A DNA stretch of 64,000 nucleotides, from assembly GCA_964016885.1 (NCBI GenBank), contig OZ024743.1, positions 315,952,001 to 316,016,000 on the forward strand. The letters are read 5' to 3'. Below are positions 26,728 through 38,652 of this stretch, one piece after another. A program made the translations under genes and the position numbers. The first letter of the stretch is position 1, and each line of letters begins with the position of its first letter. This stretch comes from Eledone cirrhosa (lineage: Eukaryota). The notes beneath the pieces are model-generated. The model was not told the DNA's origin. It did no database searches and was given only the letters and a program-made list of their open reading frames with translations.

Positions 26728-27104
26728 TATTATAAAATAACAGGAGGCTGGACTGGTGTAATTCCTTAAAGGTTTATTATACTATGAACATTTCAATGAC
26801 CGGGTTCAGTATGAATCCGGTGACATCATCAGGTATTCGAAATTTAACAAAGGATTATAATAGACACAATCCATGGGGCTGAAAATGCAGAGAGACAAGA
26901 AGGCTAGAAACTGCTAAATGTTTGGTTGCCTTCTTGTCTCTCTGCCTTTTCAGCCCCATTGATTGTGTCTTATATATTCCTTTGTTAAATTTCGAATACC
27001 TGATGATGTCACCGGATTCATACTGAACCCGGTCATTGAAATGTTCATAGTATAATAAACCTTTAAGGAATGACACCAGTCCAGCCTCCTATTATTTTAT
27101 AATA
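26728..27104. repeat. Inverted repeat (~177-bp arms, 23-bp spacer) carrying two divergent hammerhead motifs
   Basis: Arms 26728-26904 and 26928-27104 are near-perfect reverse complements. Confidence 0.9.
26996..27053 (+). ncRNA. Type I hammerhead motif (mirror at 26779-26836, minus)
   Basis: atac-CTGATGA-[long stem II ...accgg.ttca(tac)tgaa.ccggt...]-GAA-atg(tt)cat-A-gtat. Confidence 0.7.
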
Positions 27105-27494
27105 TATATATATAACTCATTCTATGATATTCTCGGCTCATTGTGAAGAGCTAACTTTAGTCTCATAAACCAGGCTGCTATTTTTAGCGGCAGAATATCG
27201 TTCAGTCGTCTTAGGAACAGATTTAGGTCTGTCCGGGTATCACAGGCAGTTGCCCGATATAGGTTTGTTATTTTTATTGATTTATTACTTTAAATCGAGT
27301 CAGGCAAACCATATTGTTTTAAATTAGTATTTTTTCAACCTAGCTAACTTGGTCATTTGCAATTGGAACACATGTATACTTGTATCTGTGTTCATCCCTC
27401 TCATATATTCAATTATATTTCACGGCTCGGAAAGATTCCCTTCTTTGAGCTATTTAATTGTAAAAGACTATTTTGAGTTTCTAATCTCAATCTA

Positions 27495-27557
<63 letters not shown>

Positions 27558-27560
<3 letters not shown>

Positions 27561-27736
27561 CACCGTATTTTTTTACTAAAGAAATTTTAGTCCGATAATG
27601 GGGTTTAGAACCCTCAGATAAATGGAAAAAGATGAGTATTGACGTACATGTACGTCAATACTCATCTTTTTCCATTTATATGAGGGTTCTAAACCCCATT
27701 ATCAGACTAAAATTTCTTTCAAAAAATACGGTGAAA
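27558..27736. repeat. Spacer-less palindrome centred on gtaca|tgtac (27648/27649)
   Basis: ~90-bp arms with few mismatches, directly after an (AT)n run. Confidence 0.9.
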
Positions 27737-27899
27737 GCTATTCTATCTTCTAATTTCAAACCTGCTCACTGTTTCAAAACATATTTACATGTATATATTT
27801 AAAATATTAAGACGTAATCATTTCTGTCTAAATATATTACACACCATCTAAACGGCTTATGGTAAAGGTTTGAAAACTAATTAAAAATAGACATACGTA

Positions 27900-27973
27900 T
27901 GGCCAGTGTGGGGCTCAAACCCACAACATTCGCGTTATTAGCACGACGCTCTAACCAACTGAGCTAACCGGTC
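27900..27973 (-). pseudogene. tRNA-Ile(AAT), B-box mutated
   Basis: 74 nt; TTCGA>TTTGA and G2>A. Confidence 0.75.
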
Positions 27974-28639
27974 ACATTTGAATCGGATTAGACAGAGAGA
28001 AAGAAAAAAAAATAGAGAATATATTTATTTGCCGTTGTACTGCCAAATAATGCCGAAAGCCACTGACCCACATCTTCGGTCAAGAAGGCAACAGCAACAG
28101 GACAATAACAACGACCCCGCATCTTCGGTAAAAGAAGGCACTCGAGCCTCAGCATACTGCCTGGCAGCCCGAATTGGTAGCAGTTTCATCTACCACCACC
28201 ATTAACAAGAAGAAGGCAACAACAGTGAAATTAACAACAACAACACTTATGTGTATACATCAACATTTTACCAGCAATCACTACCACTACCATTAACAAG
28301 AGGAAGCCAACTCCAGCATCTAGGACAACAACACATTTTTTCAGGATTGAATGACTCACCTTCAGCCATAAGGTCTTATGAGAAATTGCTAACATGCTCG
28401 CATGCCTGGGTGCTGAACTCTGGGTCTTTCCACTGGAACCCCCCCCCCCGCGCCCCTTGTGTTGTTTTGGGGCGGTACATTCATCCATTCATTCATTCAT
28501 TTGCTAACATTCTACCTTCTTGTGTGTCCCTCCATGCACCCCCTTCTTTTCTCTCTTGTCTTCTGACGCCTCCATAGGTGAGGTGTAGGTGAGCTATGAA
28601 GCCCTCTTACCAGCACTTTCCCTTCCTCCCACACACGCC

Positions 28640-31290
28640 AGCCACTCACCCCTGATGCCGCTCGGTGCCCCAGTTCCCGGCCCCACGCCCCATTCTCCAT
28701 CCCCCCAAGCCGACACCTGCAGCATTTGCAGCACCACAAACAGATGAAAGAGGAGCCGGAACTGTTCGGGATGCCGCTGCTTCCACCAACCTTACCTGTG
28801 ATGGTTTGACACGCCGAGCTTCCAGTGCCCTCGCTGCGTGGAGATGCAGAAACTTCCTCTTCCCCTTGTCTGCCCAGCCACGGCCGTCTGGCACACCACC
28901 AGATGAGACAGCGAGCTTTCCTGACGCCCACGCCTCGCTGGTCAACACCGCTCGGCTGAGGCGGTTCTGGAAGATCCCACTCAGGATCCCGAGAGCGACC
29001 CGGGTGCCGGTAGCCGATGACCTCTCTTCCTCGATTGAGAGCGCCCTGGACTCCAATCGAGCCAGCGACTGGGAGCGACTCTTTTATTTCGCCCCACTCG
29101 CCCTCGGCCTCCCCAGCTCTGGCGTAGACAGAGGCGGCCGGTCGACAGCAGCCTTCGTCAAGGCCAATGTTTCGTCCTTTGGGCAAGTGCCCATTCCAAG
29201 CGTGCCTAGGGACGCCACACACCCCACCCTCGAGTACTCCAAATCCTCCACCCTTGAGGCCAGCGCCAAGCGTTTGCCTGATCGCGTAAATGCCAAATTA
29301 ATCTTGGGTGATGTCTCGGCCGCAGTCAGAGTGGTTGCCTCAGAGGACACTGTCCTCCAACTCACCGAGGAGGTCCTGGCTGCCCTGCGACTCAAGCACC
29401 CTGAGCCACCCGCTGATCTCAGACCCATACTCCCACCCGATCCCCACTTGCTCCTTGTGGCTTCTGACGCAGACATCATGTCCGTCATCAAGTCCTTCCC
29501 AGCTAGCAGCAGCGGAGGTGCTGATGGTCTCCGACCAGGCCACCTTAAGGAGTTGCTATCCCCCTCTCCGCTGAAGCCGCGCGCCATCTTCTGAGTGCAA
29601 TTGTGGCACTCGCCAATAAGCTCATTTATGGCGCCCTGGAACCTCACTTCCGAGGCCTCTTTTTTTCGGCTAGGCTCACCGTTCTCAGGAAGAAAAATGG
29701 TGGCATAACCCCATCGCTGTGGGCAATGTCTTCCGGGGGATGGCTGCCAAGGTGGTCTGCAGGTCCATAACACCCGAACTGGGTGAGGAGTTCAGTCCGG
29801 TGCAACTGGGTGTCAGCGTTGGGCGGGTCCGTAGAGACTGTCTGCCATGACCTACAATCGGTGGTTCATGCTCTGGCGGGAATCGACCTCCAGGTCAACT
29901 CGACCAAGTCAGAGGTGGTGAATGTCAGCCACATGCTGAGAGTTTTGCAGCTTCCGTCTCGGACATGCGGTCCAATCTCCACCAAGTACAGGTGACCCCC
30001 CAAAGAGGATGTCCTCATCCTCGGGTCACCGATCCTCCCGCCGGCCATCCGCTCCACCATCAGGTCCAGGCTTCAACAACTCCAGAGTCTCACGAGCCAA
30101 CTGGGCTTGATCGACGGCCACCCAGCTCTCTTTCTGTTGAGGAACTGTTTCACCACGCCGAAACTCCTCTACACCTTTCGCAGCGCTCCGGGCTACAGCC
30201 ACACATCTCTCCTCGCTGACCTCGATACTTGTATCCGAGCAGCAGCCGAGGAGATATGCAACGTCAAGTTTGACGACATTGGATGGCAATAGGCCACTTT
30301 ACCTGTCAGGTATGGCGGCCTTGGCCTCCGGTCCCCGATCTCACCGGCGTTTCTTTCGTCGGTAACCTTATGCCGCGTCCTCGTCAGCAGGGTTCTTCAA
30401 AACACAATAGAACTCTCTGTGTTCAGAGAAAGTGAAGCCGCCTCTGAGACGTGGGACCGGATGGGACTTAGCCTCGTAGACGTCCCTCCTCCTTCTCCCC
30501 CTGCTGACGTCAAGTCCCCCCAGAGCACTTGGGATGCCATCCAGTGCAGCCTAGCCTCAGACAGGCTCACGCACCACCTCGACCAGCACCGCCTTGCCTG
30601 CTTTCATGCGGCCTCTAAACCCCACAGTGGTGCCTGGCTCCATGCCCTATCCTCCTTTTCCACTGGCCCGGAGCTAGACAACAATAGCCTGCGCATCGGC
30701 GTTTCCTTGAGGCTCGGCCTCCGAATCTGCGAGCCACACCAATGTCGCTGCGGATCCACCGTGGACTCTTTCGGTCTCCACCCGCTTTCCTGTCGCCACA
30801 GTGCCGGCCGCCTTCCACGCCATGCTGCCCTCAACGAGGTCATAAAGCATGGTTTGGACGCTGCAGGCTTCCCTTCCCAGCTCGAGTCGGTGGAGCTGGA
30901 CCAAGGGGACGGCAAAAGGCCAGATGGTATGACCATCTTCCCGTTCCGCGGTGGAAAACCCCACGTCTGCGATGCACTTGCACCGACACATTCTACAGCC
31001 GCAACCTGGTGCAGTCTGCGACTAACCCAGGTTCTGCTGCACGTCGGACTGAGGAGGCCAAACTCCTCAAATACCGGTTACTCTCCGACAGGTTTGTGGT
31101 TGTACCTTTGGCAGTGGAGACTTCTGGTGTCCTCGGCCCTAGGGCCACCTCCCTACTCACTACCATAGGCGCTGAGCTGGCCAGCCGCAGGTGTGAGCCC
31201 CGCGAGTTGGAGTGGTTTTTCCACCGCGTCTCGCTTACCGTCCGCCAGGGAAACGACTTCTCCATTCTGTCCGCCGAGGCTGTGTGTGTG
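28640..31290 (+). mobile_element. Degenerate CRE-clade non-LTR retrotransposon (RT, CCHC zinc finger, RLE endonuclease)
   Basis: GC-rich block; SSGGADGLRPGHLK, KKNGGI.PIAVG, GGLGLRS, SGAWL, CRCG...HPLSC...RH, KRPDG, PLAVETSG; frameshifts, and central RT motifs deleted near 29815. Confidence 0.88.
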
Positions 31291-31834
31291 AGGGGGGGGG
31301 GGGGGGTTACGTATCATTCCACTGAATCAAGTTTTGAAAGTTACCTAGCTAGAAATACTAAGGAGCATTAGCAGCAGTCATGTTTTTTAATGTATAAAGA
31401 AAATTAATTGTCGCAGGAATGCTACCACTTAAAATGTAAATACTTGTCAAAATAAACTATTAACCCAATAAAATATAAAGGTAGGACCTGGAAATAAGTA
31501 AACTGAATAAGGGGGATAATTGAGATCAGGATATATTGATAGACATATTTGTAGACATATTCTATGTTGGTTCTTTACAGTAATAGATTAAAAGAAAAAG
31601 GTAAGTGATCGCTGATGAAATTTTGATGAAAGACGAAATTAAATCTAAGTCACCCTGCAGAGATCAACCCGAACTTTAAAAGCTTTCCACGCATGTCTAT
31701 CTTTGTTATCATTTGTGTATCTAGGAATACATTTCTTAAGGTGTCTTTAATCTTAATTTTCCCGAAGCAAGTTGAAGTGTGTACCACACCCTCCCCTTTC
31801 CCCTTTCTCCCCATACGACACTTCCTCCCCGTTA

Positions 31835-32730
31835 AATTCATGGTGGTCCATAGGTGTGCTAGAAATAGCAGCTAAATAAGGGGAGTCACACGGTGGTCTA
31901 TAGCTGTGCTATAAATACCATCTACATCAGCTAAACAGAGAAAACATAATAGTAGTCTATGGGTGTGCTAGAAATAGCATCTACATCAGCTAAACAGGCG
32001 AAACCTCATGGTGGGCTAAACGTGTGCTAGAAATATCAGCTAAATAGAGGGAACCTCATAGTGGTCTATAGGTGTGCTAGAAATAGCAGCTACATCAGCT
32101 AAACAGGGGGAACCTCATGATAGCCTATATGTGTGCTAGAAATTGTAGCTAAATAAGGGCAACACCATGGTTGACCATAGGAGTGCTAGAAATAACAGCT
32201 AAATAAGGGGAACCTTATGGTGGTCCAAAGGTGTGCTAGAAATAGCAGCTAAATAGACGGAATCTCATGGTGGTCTACAGGTGTGCCGGACATAGCAGCT
32301 AAGCCGGGCGAACCTCATAGTGGTCTATGGGTGTGCTAGAAATAGCTGCAAAATAGGAAAACCTCACGGTTGTTTATAGGTGTGCTACAAATAGCAGCTA
32401 ATTAGGAATACAAGAAAATAGGAATACAAGAAAAAATAGCTAAATAGGAGGAACCTCTTGGTGGTCCATGGGTGTGCTAGGAAAAGCAGCTAAATAGGCG
32501 GACACACATTGTGGTCCATAGATCTGCTAGAAATAGCAACTAAATTGGGGGACCTCATGGTGCCCCATAATGTGCTAGAAATAGCAACTAAAGAGGACCC
32601 TCATGGTGGCCTATAGTTGAGCTAGAAATAGCAGTTACATCAACTACACAAGTGGAACCTTATGGTGGTCAATAAGTGTGCTAGAAATAGCAGCTAAAGA
32701 GGGGGGAAATCATGGTGGTCTACAGGTCTA
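31835..32730. repeat. ~50-bp minisatellite, ~17 diverged units
   Basis: Consensus ggtggtctataggtgtgctagaaatagcagctaaataggggaacctcat. Confidence 0.9.
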
Positions 32731-32789
32731 CAGATCCAGAAAGAAGAGAGAGACTACGTATACCTAAATTTTCAATAATTGTGATTGAC

Positions 32790-32855
32790 AGCTCAGTTGG
32801 TTAGAGCGTCGTGCTAATAACGTAAATGTCGTGGATTCGAGCCCCATACTAGCCA
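32790..32855 (+). pseudogene. 5'-truncated tRNA-Ile(AAT)
   Basis: Begins at agctcagttgg; acceptor 5' strand missing. Confidence 0.8.
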
Positions 32856-33770
32856 TATTAATATGTTTGTGATAGTTTTTAAACCTCTGCCATAAGCTGT
32901 TTAAACAGAGTGAATTATACGAGACAAAATTGATTACGTTTAAAATATAACGTCTCTACCTAGGTGCTTCTTTTTAAATGTTTTAAATTCATCAGATATA
33001 TATATATAAGTTGAAGACTTTTGGTTGATTTGGCTTGTCTCCGACCAAATTGGGGTGTCGGCTTAAGTTTAATATATTTTATATGCATTTATATATATAT
33101 ATTTACATATGGAAAGTTATATTTAAATTGTTGGGTTACAACTAGTAAATATTTATAACTGATATAAAAGCACTCGACAAATATTTGGAGTATATTTACA
33201 ATATTAAATAAATGGAAACTATATTTATAAAACCATATTTATTTCATTATATATATTTCAGGGATATCATATTAACAATATGCTATGCCTTCCTCAGACA
33301 AAATACAATATAAACAGTTTTATAGATAAATAGATTCGACATACCGTAACAACATCTACTTGCATTTGAGAAGGTTGATTTGGTAGTGACAAAATTGTAC
33401 ACAGAGAGAAAGAAAGAGAGAGAGAAAGAGAGAAAAAGAGAGAAAAAAAAAAGGAAAGAAAGACAGAAAACGAAGAAAAAGAAAAAGAAGAAATGCATGG
33501 AACAAAATAGAGAGATGGAAAGATAGATAAAGAGAAGAACTTCATGTAAAGAAACAGAAAGATATATATATATATAGAGAGAGAGAGAGGAAATAGAGAT
33601 AGATACATATATATAGAAAGCTAGGTAGTGGGACGTCTGTTGAATAACGTATCAATGATACATTTATTTATTTATTTATTTAGCTCTAGTATTAATGTAA
33701 GGGAGATATATGGAGAGAAAACCAGAATCATTATTCACTGATCGAAGCATACGACCAACGTTTGTGTAAT

Positions 33771-33844
33771 CATATGTTATCTCAGTTAGTTAGAGTGTCG
33801 TGCTGATAACGCGTATGTGGTGGTCTCCAGTCCCATACTGGCCA
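33771..33844 (+). pseudogene. Degenerate tRNA-Ile (anticodon drifted to GAT)
   Basis: ctcagttagttagagtgtcgtgctgataacgcg...catactggcca; B box destroyed. Confidence 0.7.
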
Positions 33845-34644
33845 TATGTGTATAGGGTTTATATTGGGTTTTTAAACATTTACACTAAGCTGTTTATTTG
33901 GAGCAAAATATTTTTAAACAGAAATTATTAAGTTTAAAGTTTTATAATATTTTTTTCTTTTCAATTTTTTGTTTTTTTTAATTATCAGTGCTGGTTGATC
34001 GACCACCTCTGATGCAACGAGACGTTAGCATACCACAACGTAGGTGTCATAATATATTAGCTATATGGTATCAAATCCAGAAAGAAGAGGCAGACTACGT
34101 ATACCTAAATTTTCAATAATTGCGATTGACAAATTCTTTCGGGGTGTCGAAACCAAAATATACTGGTCCAGGTGAAAATAGAAGTTGTAAGTATCTCAAA
34201 TCTTTCTTTCTTAAACTGTTGGAATTCTTATGTTTTATTTAATCATTATCCGCCTGTTCTTTCCACATCGGTACTGCTGTCCTATGAACAAATCGATATG
34301 ATATGGTCCAAGGTGAATTTCCACAGTTGTAAAGCAATTCCATGGGTATCGTAATTGATAACTCACGTTGGCCTTTATGTCAACAAATCGATTTAAATTC
34401 TCTTCTATATATATATATATCTTGGGTTTAAGCTGGAATCTGACTTCAAATAACCAAAGAAAGTATTGTGTCAGACCATCCGACGATTTCGTAATGAGAA
34501 TTCATCCTATATCTTAATAAGACACATGATCGTGTGTTGAAGGCTCTGCCGGTGTGTGTGATCGTTGGAGAATTTCTTGTTGCTCTAATATTTCTATATG
34601 ATTTTATTGTGTTAATAGTTTATTTTGGCATCTATTGCTTCGTC

Positions 34645-34718
34645 CTGTCGTTAGCTCAGTTGGTTAGTTCGTCGTGTTAATGACGCGAATATCGTGGGTT
34701 CGAGTCCCATACAGGCCA
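34645..34718 (+). pseudogene. Degenerate tRNA-Ile(AAT)
   Basis: gttagctcagttggttagttcgtcgtgttaatgacgcg...; acceptor and D stem broken. Confidence 0.75.
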
Positions 34719-35076
34719 TAGAATTTATTTACTTGGAACTATTGTTTTAAGTTTTAAAAATATTATTATATATGGGAAGATTTTATCTCATTTGTAAAAA
34801 GTGCTCTAAATGGACGTCTATGTGCTGAAAATGGGAAGCAACTGTGCCCTCGGAAACAGTACATCCTCTTCTTTAATTAAAAAGATATCTTAGAAAATTC
34901 TAGATCCACTAAGTGTGTACAACAAAGGTAATACCTGGAAGTCCTTTTGTCTTAAGGCGGCTTTATCAATATATCTTACCTCTATTATCTATTTCAATCA
35001 CTTCACATAACTGCGTTACCTTTCTTTACCCAGTACTATAGGGTTAATAGTGCACTTTTAGTGGTCTGTTTTATCA

Positions 35077-35150
35077 GGCCGGTGAGTTCAGTTGGTTGGA
35101 GGGTCGTGCTAATAACGCGAATGTCGTGGGTTCGGGCCCCATACTGGCCA
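35077..35150 (+). pseudogene. tRNA-Ile(AAT), mutated A and B boxes
   Basis: ggccggtgagttcagttggttggagggtcg...ttcgggccccatactggcca. Confidence 0.75.
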
Positions 35151-35388
35151 TATTATCATATGTTTTATGTTAGTTTTTAAACCCTTACCATAAGCTGTTC
35201 AAACAGAGTGAATTATACAAGTATGATTGCGTTTAAAATATAATTTTTCTGCCTAGGTGTTTCTTTTTAAATTTTTAAAATTCATCAGATATATATATAT
35301 GTTAAAGCCTTTTGGCTGATTTGGCTGAAAAGGGGTATCGGCATAAGATTAATATATTCTATATGTATGTATGTATATATGTATATAT

Positions 35389-35445
<57 letters not shown>

Positions 35446-35448
<3 letters not shown>

Positions 35449-36587
35449 CCGTCTATCTACTAACGAGCATATTTTCAACGAGCATTCCACATATTACAAT
35501 GAAGCTCTTGCTCGGAGCGGATTTGTCGATAAGGTAGCATATACAGAGTATGAGAATAGACCTAGAAGAAATAGATCCCGACGCATTATATGGTATAACC
35601 CACCATATAATATGGAGGTGGCCACGCTATTAGATATGATCTTTCTCTCCCGTATTATGAAGCATTTTCCCCCTACACATAAATACACTAAAATTTTTAA
35701 TAGAAATACTATTAAAATTTCTCACTCTATGACTACTAACCTTGCACATAACATCACAGCTTCAAATTTAGCTAAACTACCTAGCCGTAGGAACACGTGC
35801 AACCCTGTAGTTAGTACTAACTGTAATTGTAGGAATCGGGTTGACTGCCCCCTATCCGAGAAATGCCTCTCTAGTAGCATTGTCTACAAATGTAAGGTTG
35901 AAACACTCACGTCCCGTAGGGCCTACATAGGGTTAACCGCCAATAGATTCAAGCAGCGTCTTTACATGCATACCCATTCTTTTCGTAACCCTTCAAGAAG
36001 GAATATGACGTCACTTTCAGCTTATATCTGGAGTCTACAAGACAGCCACACGCAATATAAGTTACACTGGGAGATCCTAGCTAGGGCTAGATCGTATAAC
36101 GGAAATAAAAGACCATGTTACCTCTGCGCCGCTGAGGCCCTGAAAATACTCTACGCCAAAGACCACATCTTAAACAAAAAATCTGAGGCAATTTCGGCTT
36201 GTAAACATAAATTGCACAAAACGTTCCTGTATTACAGCCCCACATTATACCCTAACGGATAGTACGATCATTACGCGGATATTTTGCATTTATTAAACCC
36301 ACGCAGTGACCTGTACTTTGACTAAGCCCCAACCTACCCTCATACTCCCCTGGGAACCCACATGCAGAGATCCCGAGTTCACACCCCACTCTCCCACTCT
36401 CCCACTCCTTACCTAGAGTATCCACCTACTACCTACAATGTACCATCAACCAACCACTACACCCCTGTGAGTTTCCTTTTACATACTATACTTCCCATGT
36501 GTATAGGTGTAGATAGTCTTACAATCTTCTCTTCCCTAATTCTTGTATGGGTGTAGCATCTACATATGTGTGTGTGCATGTGTGAGT
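35446..36587 (+). mobile_element. 5'-truncated PLE (RT thumb, linker, GIY-YIG; probably Nematis-type) with 3' tail
   Basis: Open frame to the stop at 36262: WYNPPY...HFP..H...KIFNRN, CNCR...CPL...C, IVYKCKV...YIGLTANRFKQR, CYLC, LNKKSE...CKH; starts in (AT)n; the tail ends inside a tRNA gene. Confidence 0.88.
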
Positions 36588-36636
36588 GACAATCGCGTTA
36601 TTAGCACGACGCTCTAACCAACTGAGCTAACCGGCC
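36588..36636 (-). pseudogene. 49-nt 5' fragment of tRNA-Ile (unit 1; repeated ~317 bp before each array tRNA)
   Basis: tRNA nt 1-49 only; no T arm or B box; cut by the PLE tail. Confidence 0.9.
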
Positions 36637-36905
36637 AGTTGGATCTGTTGCTGTCAGAATAAACTATTAATACAATAATTATTTCTACTTTTGGCACAAG
36701 GCCAGCAATTATCCTAGTCCTAAGAATAGAGTTACGTCTCTTTAGAGTCTGAGTTTAAACCCCGCCGAGGTCAACTTTGCCTTTCACCCTTCACGGCGAC
36801 GATAAAATAAAGTACCAGTAATGCACTGAAATAATTGATGGCCTTGTTCCAAAAGTAGAAATAATTATTGTATTAATAGTTTATTTGACAGCCCCAGATA
36901 CGTCT

Positions 36906-36979
36906 GGCGGGTTAGCTCAGTTGGTTAGAGCGTCGTGCTAATAACGCGAATGTCGTGGGTTCGAGCCCTATATTGGCCA
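36906..36979 (+). tRNA. tRNA-Ile-AAT: tRNA-Ile(AAT), array copy 1 (C4>G variant)
   Basis: Cloverleaf with acceptor mismatch; oligo-T downstream. Confidence 0.7.
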
Positions 36980-37199
36980 TATTACGATATATATTTTTTT
37001 GTTTTTTTCTATTAGGCTTTTAAACCTTTACCTTTTTAACTCACTGAAGTATTTATAGATAAAAATAATTTTGTTTTGATATTTTTGAACATATAAAAAT
37101 TTTCTTCTTAATGGTTTCTTTTTAAATTTCATCGATAAAATAAAGTACCAGTAATGCACTGGGTAATTGCTGGCCTTGTGCCTAAAGTAGAAACAATTA

Positions 37200-37850
37200 T
37201 ATAAATCGTCGAAGTATTGGCACGAAGGGTATTCTTGTGTCGTGAACCTTGAAAAGGCATATGGCTGCGTTCCACGGCCCCTGATGTTGCAGGTTCAGCA
37301 GGAGTTGGCGTTTATGTTCAGTTTCTTAATACACTGAAGTCTTTAAACGAAAGTCCTAGTGTTTGTGTTCGGATAAATTTTGTTAATTAAAAACCATTCA
37401 ATGTAGGTGTCTGACTCAGTTAAAAGTGTGTACTCTCACCTCTCCAGTTCAATGTCTTTGTGGACAGCATTGACATTTATGGCCGGGCTGGAAATGGTGA
37501 CCGGATCAATTGGCTAAATTCGTCAGGCGGTGATCTCTGACATGCTCTTGATAGGTTTGCTGCCGAGTGTTGCACGGCAGGAATGAAAATCAGTACTGCG
37601 AAGACTGAGATACTCATCTTCTCAATGATATCTGCTCTGTGCACTCTATATGTGCATGAATTTTCACTGAAGCAGAAGGTTGGATTATATGCACGTATTG
37701 TTAGAGCTGGTGCAATAATGCGCCAGCTTCAGCATTCGGTCTGAAGACGAGAGGTAGGTCTAAAATCCGAACTCGCTATCTTCAATTCGGTATTCCTACC
37801 AGCTCTTACCTATGGCCATGAATCTTTGGTAATGACCAAAATAATATAAA
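37200..37850 (+). mobile_element. Dead RTE-clade (Rex3/Expander-like) LINE RT fragment, present in every array unit
   Basis: NLEKAY..VPR, CVRIN, CVLSPLQFN.FVD, HALDRFAAEC..AGMKISTAKT, PALTYGHE; YADD segment absent; many stops. Confidence 0.85.
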
Positions 37851-38231
37851 AATGTGCCTCAAACTAACAGATGTTCCTCGAGACTAATGATCCACACCTA
37901 GCAAGCGCTGGCAAACGCGGATCATTTGGCATTTATTAAATTCCACGTATTGACCTGTACTTTGACTAAGACCCACCCTACACTCACACTCCCCTGGGAA
38001 CCCAAATGCAGAGATCACGAGTACACACCCCACTCTCCCACTCTTTACGTAGTGTATCCACCTACTACCTACAATGTACCATCAACCAACCACTACACAC
38101 CTGTGAGTTTCCTTTTACATACTATACTTCCCTAGTGTATAGGTGTACATAGTCTTACGATCTTCTCTTCCCTAATTCTTGTATGGGTGTATGGATGTAG
38201 CATCTACATATGTGTGTGTGCATGTGTTAGT

Positions 38232-38597
38232 GACATTCGCGTTATTAACACGACGCTCTAACCAACTGAGCTAACCGGGCAGTTGGATCTGTTGCTGTCA
38301 GAATAAACTATTAATACAATAATTATTTCTACTTTTGGCACAAGGCCAGCAATTATCCTAGTCCTAAGAATAGAGTTACGTCCCTTTAGAGTCTGAGTTT
38401 AAACCCCGCCGAGGTCAACTTTGCCTTTCACCCTTACGGCGACGATAAAATAAAGTACCAGTAATGCACTGAAATAATTGATGGCCTTGTTCCAAAAGTA
38501 GAAATAATTATTGTATTAATAGTTTATTTGACAGCCCCAGATACGTCTGGCCGGTTAGCTCAGTTGGTTAGAGCGTCGTGCTAATAACGCGAATGTC
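38232..38597. repeat. Fold-back in each unit (example unit 2): arms 38232-38355 and 38475-38597 around a SINE core
   Basis: aataaactattaatacaataattatttctacttttgg / ccaaaagtagaaataattattgtattaatagtttatt are reverse complements, extending into both tRNA copies. Confidence 0.9.
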
Positions 38598-38622
38598 GTG
38601 GGTTCGAACCCCATATTGGCCA
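38549..38622 (+). tRNA. tRNA-Ile-AAT: tRNA-Ile(AAT), array copy 2
   Basis: 74-nt cloverleaf, A and B boxes, poly-T terminator 8 nt downstream. Confidence 0.88.
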
Positions 38623-38630
38623 TATTACGA

Positions 38631-38652
38631 TTTTTTTTTTTTTTTTTTTTTT
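38631..38652 (+). terminator. Pol III oligo-T terminator (one after each array tRNA)
   Basis: tattacga followed by a long T run. Confidence 0.8.

Noticed and set aside
28512-29773. Minus-strand ORFs of 229-236 aa
   Set aside because: They are antisense shadows of the GC-rich CRE coding sequence.
31835-32730. CRISPR-like array
   Set aside because: Eukaryotic context, no cas genes, and the inter-core segments are homologous to each other, so it is a minisatellite.
33771-33844. tRNA-Ile(GAT), unusual for a eukaryote
   Set aside because: A heavily mutated pseudogene with no B box; the anticodon change is best explained as drift.
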